From the NCBI GenBank assembly GCA_004431415.1, contig QPMI01000101.1, positions 186,001 to 250,000 of the forward strand: a stretch of DNA of 64,000 bases, in the 5' to 3' direction. Both the position numbers and the translations under genes were made by a program. A model generated the notes under the pieces. It was given only the letters and a program-made list of their open reading frames with translations, did not search any database and was not told the DNA's origin. Below are positions 60,161-64,000 of this stretch, in pieces (position 1 is the stretch's first letter; each line of letters begins with the position of its first letter). This stretch comes from Cyanophora paradoxa CCMP329 (taxonomy: Eukaryota; Plantae; Glaucophyta).

Positions 60161-60847
60161 CTAGTCGTAGACGGGGCTCATGGCGTAGATCTCGCAGCGG
60201 GCGATGGGGCAGCGCTGCGGCTGCAGCGCGAGGACGCGGGCGCCGCAGGCCTCGCAGAGGACGTGGCCGCAGGGCTGCAGGACGCGCCGCTTGCCGCGCT
60301 CGAGGGCCTCCAGGCAGACGGGGCACTCGAAGGGGGCGGCCTGCGCCCGGGGCGAGAGGGCCTCCTTGCGGCGGGCGACCTTGGAGAGGCCCGTCACGAG
60401 CTGCAGCGCCGCCACCAGCCGCTCGGAGAGCTCGTCGAGCTCGGCCGCCGGCAGCGCCCGCAGGTGCTTCTCGTCCACCCGCAGCGACTGCGCCTGCGCC
60501 TGCGCCAGCGCTGCGACGCGCGCCTCCAGCTCCCGCGCACGCCGCTCCGCCGACAACTGCTCCCGCGCCCGGCACTCCTGCAGCTGCTGCAGCAGCTGCT
60601 CGAACGAAGGAGGCGGCGGCGGCTCCGGCGGCGGCTGCGACGCCCCGTTCATCTCAAGCCCCGGCTGCGAGGCCCGCCGCGCCGCGTCCTCGACGCCGCC
60701 CGTACCCGCTCGCGGACGATGCGCGGGGCTGGGGAGCGACGGGGCTGCAGGATCACGAGGGGGGGCGCTGGCTTCTGACGACTCTACATCGGAATCGGAG
60801 TGGAGCTCCAGCGGCGGCGCCGGGTCCAGAGGAGGAAGCGGAGCCAT
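60161..60847 (-). CDS. RING-HC E3 ligase, paralog C, intronless
   Basis: Single 228-aa ORF ending FECPVCLEALERGKRRVLQPCGHVLCEACGARVLALQPQRCPIARCEIYAMSPVYD*. Confidence 0.9.
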   Translation of the reverse strand: MAPLPPLDPAPPLELHSDSDVESSEASAPPRDPAAPSLPSPAHRPRAGTGGVEDAARRASQPGLEMNGASQPPPEPPPPPSFEQLLQQLQECRAREQLSAERRARELEARVAALAQAQAQSLRVDEKHLRALPAAELDELSERLVAALQLVTGLSKVARRKEALSPRAQAAPFECPVCLEALERGKRRVLQPCGHVLCEACGARVLALQPQRCPIARCEIYAMSPVYD

Positions 60848-61342
60848 CCATCCCGCCCGCGAGTCGAAGTGAAGGGTGAGCCCTGCGTTTTTACGTGACG
60901 CGATGCGCCGATCAAGGGTGTGCTTGACAGGACCTAGGCCTCAAGGGCGCGCGTACCGCTCGGGAGCTCGATGGCTGGCCTGAGAGGGCTTGCCATCTGC
61001 AGCCCTCGCATCAGATAAGGGCGTACAATGCGGTGAGAAGCAAGAAGAGCGCACCTCTAGATCTCGGCGCAGCGCGACCCCCGCGCGGAAGCGCCTGCAG
61101 ATTGGGGTCGCGGAGTCTCCCGCGCGGCAGGGCGAGCGTTCCAAGCGCTCGCCGCGCCCGTCACGGTGCGTGAATTGGTAAAGCTGCACGCTACGCGCCG
61201 CACGCGTCCCGCAAGCCGTTCGATGGCATGTAAGATGAGCTAGCTGTTCAAACGCGTGCACATACGCTTGCTTCAGGGCGAGCTCTATGTGTATTTGTAC
61301 CCGTCCACAGTTTTTTTCTCGCGCTAGCTGCAGCCAGCTAGG

Positions 61343-64000
61343 ATGTCCGCGGAGGCGCTGCTGCGCCGCCTGCGGGACGTACAAGAAGCTGTGGAAAGAT
61401 GTGGCCTCCAGCACATCGCGATCGCCGACCTCGCTCGCAGGACCACCGAGGTGCGCAGCGTCACCCGCGCGCGCATCGTTCGCGCCCCGGGAGCGCACCT
61501 TCCGTCGCTAACTTGCCCCTCAAGCAGGCCGGCGCCGCGCAGCCGAGCCGCGAGGCGGTTCTGAGCGCACTTGCGGAGGCGATCCTGCAGGCGCCGCTGA
61601 CGCTGGTGATCGCGCGTGCGTACCGAAGACACCTGCTGCACATCATCGTGGCCCTCGTACGCGAGCTGCGGGACCCGGCGGGGAGCCCCGCGCGGCCGGC
61701 GCGTCGCGATGAGCCCGAGGTCGTCGGCCGCTGTCTCAGCCGTCTCCTCTGTGTCGCACCGCACGCTCTCAGGTGCGGGCGGTCCCGGAGATCGCATATC
61801 TAAGCCGGCCCCGACGCCCCGCCGCGCGCCCCGCAGCCTTGTGCTGGATTACTACCGGGCCGCCCCGCCGCCCTTTGAGCGGCTCCTCCACGTCCCCGCC
61901 GCCTCCCTCGAGGCCGAGCAGACGCCCGTGCGCGCCCTCCCCGCCCGCGTCGCCGCCCGCGCCACCGGCCCACACGCCGCGCCAGGCGGAGGCCGGCGCG
62001 TGGGAGGAGCTCGCGGCGACGTGCCACCGCTTCCTGCGGTGCGCGCCGGCGGACTTCCGGCGGCTGTGGGACTGGACGCCGGCGCTCTCGCTGCTGCGGC
62101 ACCGCTCAGCGGCGGTGCGGTGGCACGCGGCGCGCGTGGCGGCGGCGGCGCTGGAGCTGCCGGACGCGGGAGCCCACCGGCTCCTCCTCGAGGCCCTCCC
62201 CAACCCCGAGGAGCACGCCGCCGAGCCGCCCCTCTGGCCCGCCCCGCCCCGCGCCGCGCCGGCCCGGCCGGGGCGCCGCTGAGGGGCAGGACGGCAGGGC
62301 GGCGGAGCTGGAGGAGCTCGGGTGGAGCGGGCGGCGCCCTTCCTCGACGGCCCCGGCGGCGAGGAGGGCGAGGAGGCGGCGGGCCCGTGGCGGCGCCGGC
62401 CCCGGGGGACCCCTCGTCGACGTCGCCGGCATCGCCCTTCCCCGCCGCGTCGCCCCACCCGGCGAGCCCGAGCCGCCCGCCCCGTGCGCCCCGCCCTTCG
62501 CTCCGCCCCGCCCCGCCCCTCCGGGCTGCGGCCGCTGACGGCGGCGCAGGGCGGGGCCGTTCGTGCAGACGGGGACGGCGGTGCGGAACATGCGGGGCCT
62601 GGCGCTGGCGTACGCGCAGGGCGGGGCGGTGCTGCTGGAGGGGCCCCCGGGCTGCGGCAAGACGCGCCTCGTCGAGGAGTTCGCCCGCCTCGTCGGCCAC
62701 CGCTCCGGCCCGCCCGCCCGCCCCCTCCGCCCGCTCGGGCGGGGCAGCTGACGGGGGCGGGGGCAGGGCTGACGACGGTGCACCTGGACGACCAGATGGA
62801 CAGCAAGCTCCTCACGGGGACGTACGTCTCCACGGACGTCCCCGGCGAGTTCCGCTGGCAGCCCGGCGTCCTCACCCAGGTCCCCCCGCCCCACCCCGCC
62901 CCGCCCCGCCCCGCCCCGCTTTGCCCCGCTGAGGCGCGGGGCAGGCGGTGCGGGAGGGCCGCTGGCTTGTCTTCGAGGACATCGAGCTGGCGCCCTTCGA
63001 GGTCGTCGCCGCCCTCGCGCCCCTCCTCGAGACCCGCACCCTCCTCCTCCCCGCCCGCGCCGAGTCCATCCCCGCCCACCACGCCTTCCGCCTCTTCGCC
63101 ACCCGCTCCACGCACCCCGCCCCCGAGCCCCACCCCGCCGCCCCGGAGGGCCCCGCCCCGCCCCGCCCCGCCCTGCACGGCCACGGGGGCCACCACGGGC
63201 ACGGGCAGGGGGCGGGGCAGAATGCGGCGCTGCTGGAGAACCTTTGGTCGGCGGTGCGGGTGGAGGCGCTGCCGCCGGACGAGCTGGGCGAGGTGGTGGC
63301 GACGGCGCACCCGCCCCTGGCGCCCCTCGTGCCCCGCCTCCTCGACACCTACGCCGCCCTCTGCCTCCGCCCCGCCGCCGCCGGCCTGCCCCGCCGCTGG
63401 ACGGCCCGCGACTTCCTGCGCGCCTGCCGCCGCCTCGCGAGCTTCTCGCGGGGCCTGCCGGTGGGCCCGAGCGGCCTCCTGACGAACGCGCTGCGGGAGG
63501 ACGTCTTCGCGGAGCTCTACGACGTCTTCGGGAGCCCGCTGGCTGACCCCGCGCACCAGGCCGCCCTCGCCGACGCGCTCCGCCGCGCCTGGGAGCTCGA
63601 CCCCGCCCGCGTCGAGCACTACGCCGCCGCCCACCGCCCCGCCCTCGAGGCCGCCCCCGGCTCCCTCACCGTCGGCCGCGTGACCCTCCCCGTCGCCCCG
63701 GGGGACCGCCCCAGGCCGGCCGACTCGTACGCCCACACGCGCCTCGCGCTGCGCCTCATGGAGCGCGTCGCGGTGCGCGGGGCCCTCGCGCTGCTTCCCT
63801 CGCGGGTGGCTGAGGGGGCGCAGGCGTGCGTGGCGATGAACGAGCCGGTGCTGCTGGTGGGGGAGACGGGGACGGGGAAGACGAGCGCGGCGCAGGCGCT
63901 GGCGGGGGCCCTGGGGCGCCGCCTCGTCGTCCTCAACCTCAACCAGCAGAGCGACGCCGAGGACCTCCTCGGTGCCCGCCCCGCCCCCCGCCCCCGCCCC
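61343..64000 (+). CDS. MDN1: midasin AAA ATPase (5' part, AAA1 and start of AAA2)
   Basis: LLEGPPGCGKT, HLDDQMDSKLLTGTY, PGEFRWQPGVLTQAVREGRW, EPVLLVGETGTGKT, NLNQQSDAEDLL. Confidence 0.95.

Noticed and set aside
1-64000. Non-spliceosomal introns or a repeated Introner family
   Set aside because: Junctions I could anchor on conserved protein are GT-AG or GC-AG with normal branch sites, and intron bodies share only low-complexity similarity.

Overview
GC-rich, gene-dense eukaryotic nuclear DNA with about 27 protein-coding genes, nearly all broken by short (mostly 45-120 nt) spliceosomal introns, so most entries in the six-frame ORF track are artefacts and the genes had to be reassembled exon by exon (some terminal exons are uncertain). 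Three genes begin with Phe-containing plastid transit-peptide-like leaders and no signal peptide (MAFVSS..., MSAQGAAFASP...EKRFFG, MAANGESGAAASF...). With the high intron density this suggests a primary-plastid alga, most plausibly a glaucophyte such as Cyanophora (inference only). Recognisable genes: SFT2, a CEP164-type WW-domain membrane protein, a CHASE4-HAMP class III adenylate cyclase, a SnoaL-like protein, COQ4, RPC19/POLR1D, a PhyH dioxygenase, VIT1, an SDR, three paralogous RING E3 ligases, a ~9 kb Ala/Pro/Lys-rich gene with repeated CCG Cys modules, a METTL21-type methyltransferase, an FDH-like Zn dehydrogenase, a Zn-CDF transporter, POP1, a shikimate-kinase-like P-loop protein, QDPR, RPN8 and the 5' part of MDN1. 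No rRNA, tRNA, CRISPR array or intact transposon was seen. Most notable observations: very frequent GC-AG introns, a RING paralog lacking exactly the two introns shared by its siblings, tandem duplication of a whole exon+intron unit, an apparently plastid-targeted QDPR, PKA-type sites inserted in the cyclase HAMP connector, and near-strict strand alternation with very short divergent promoters and palindrome-rich spacers.
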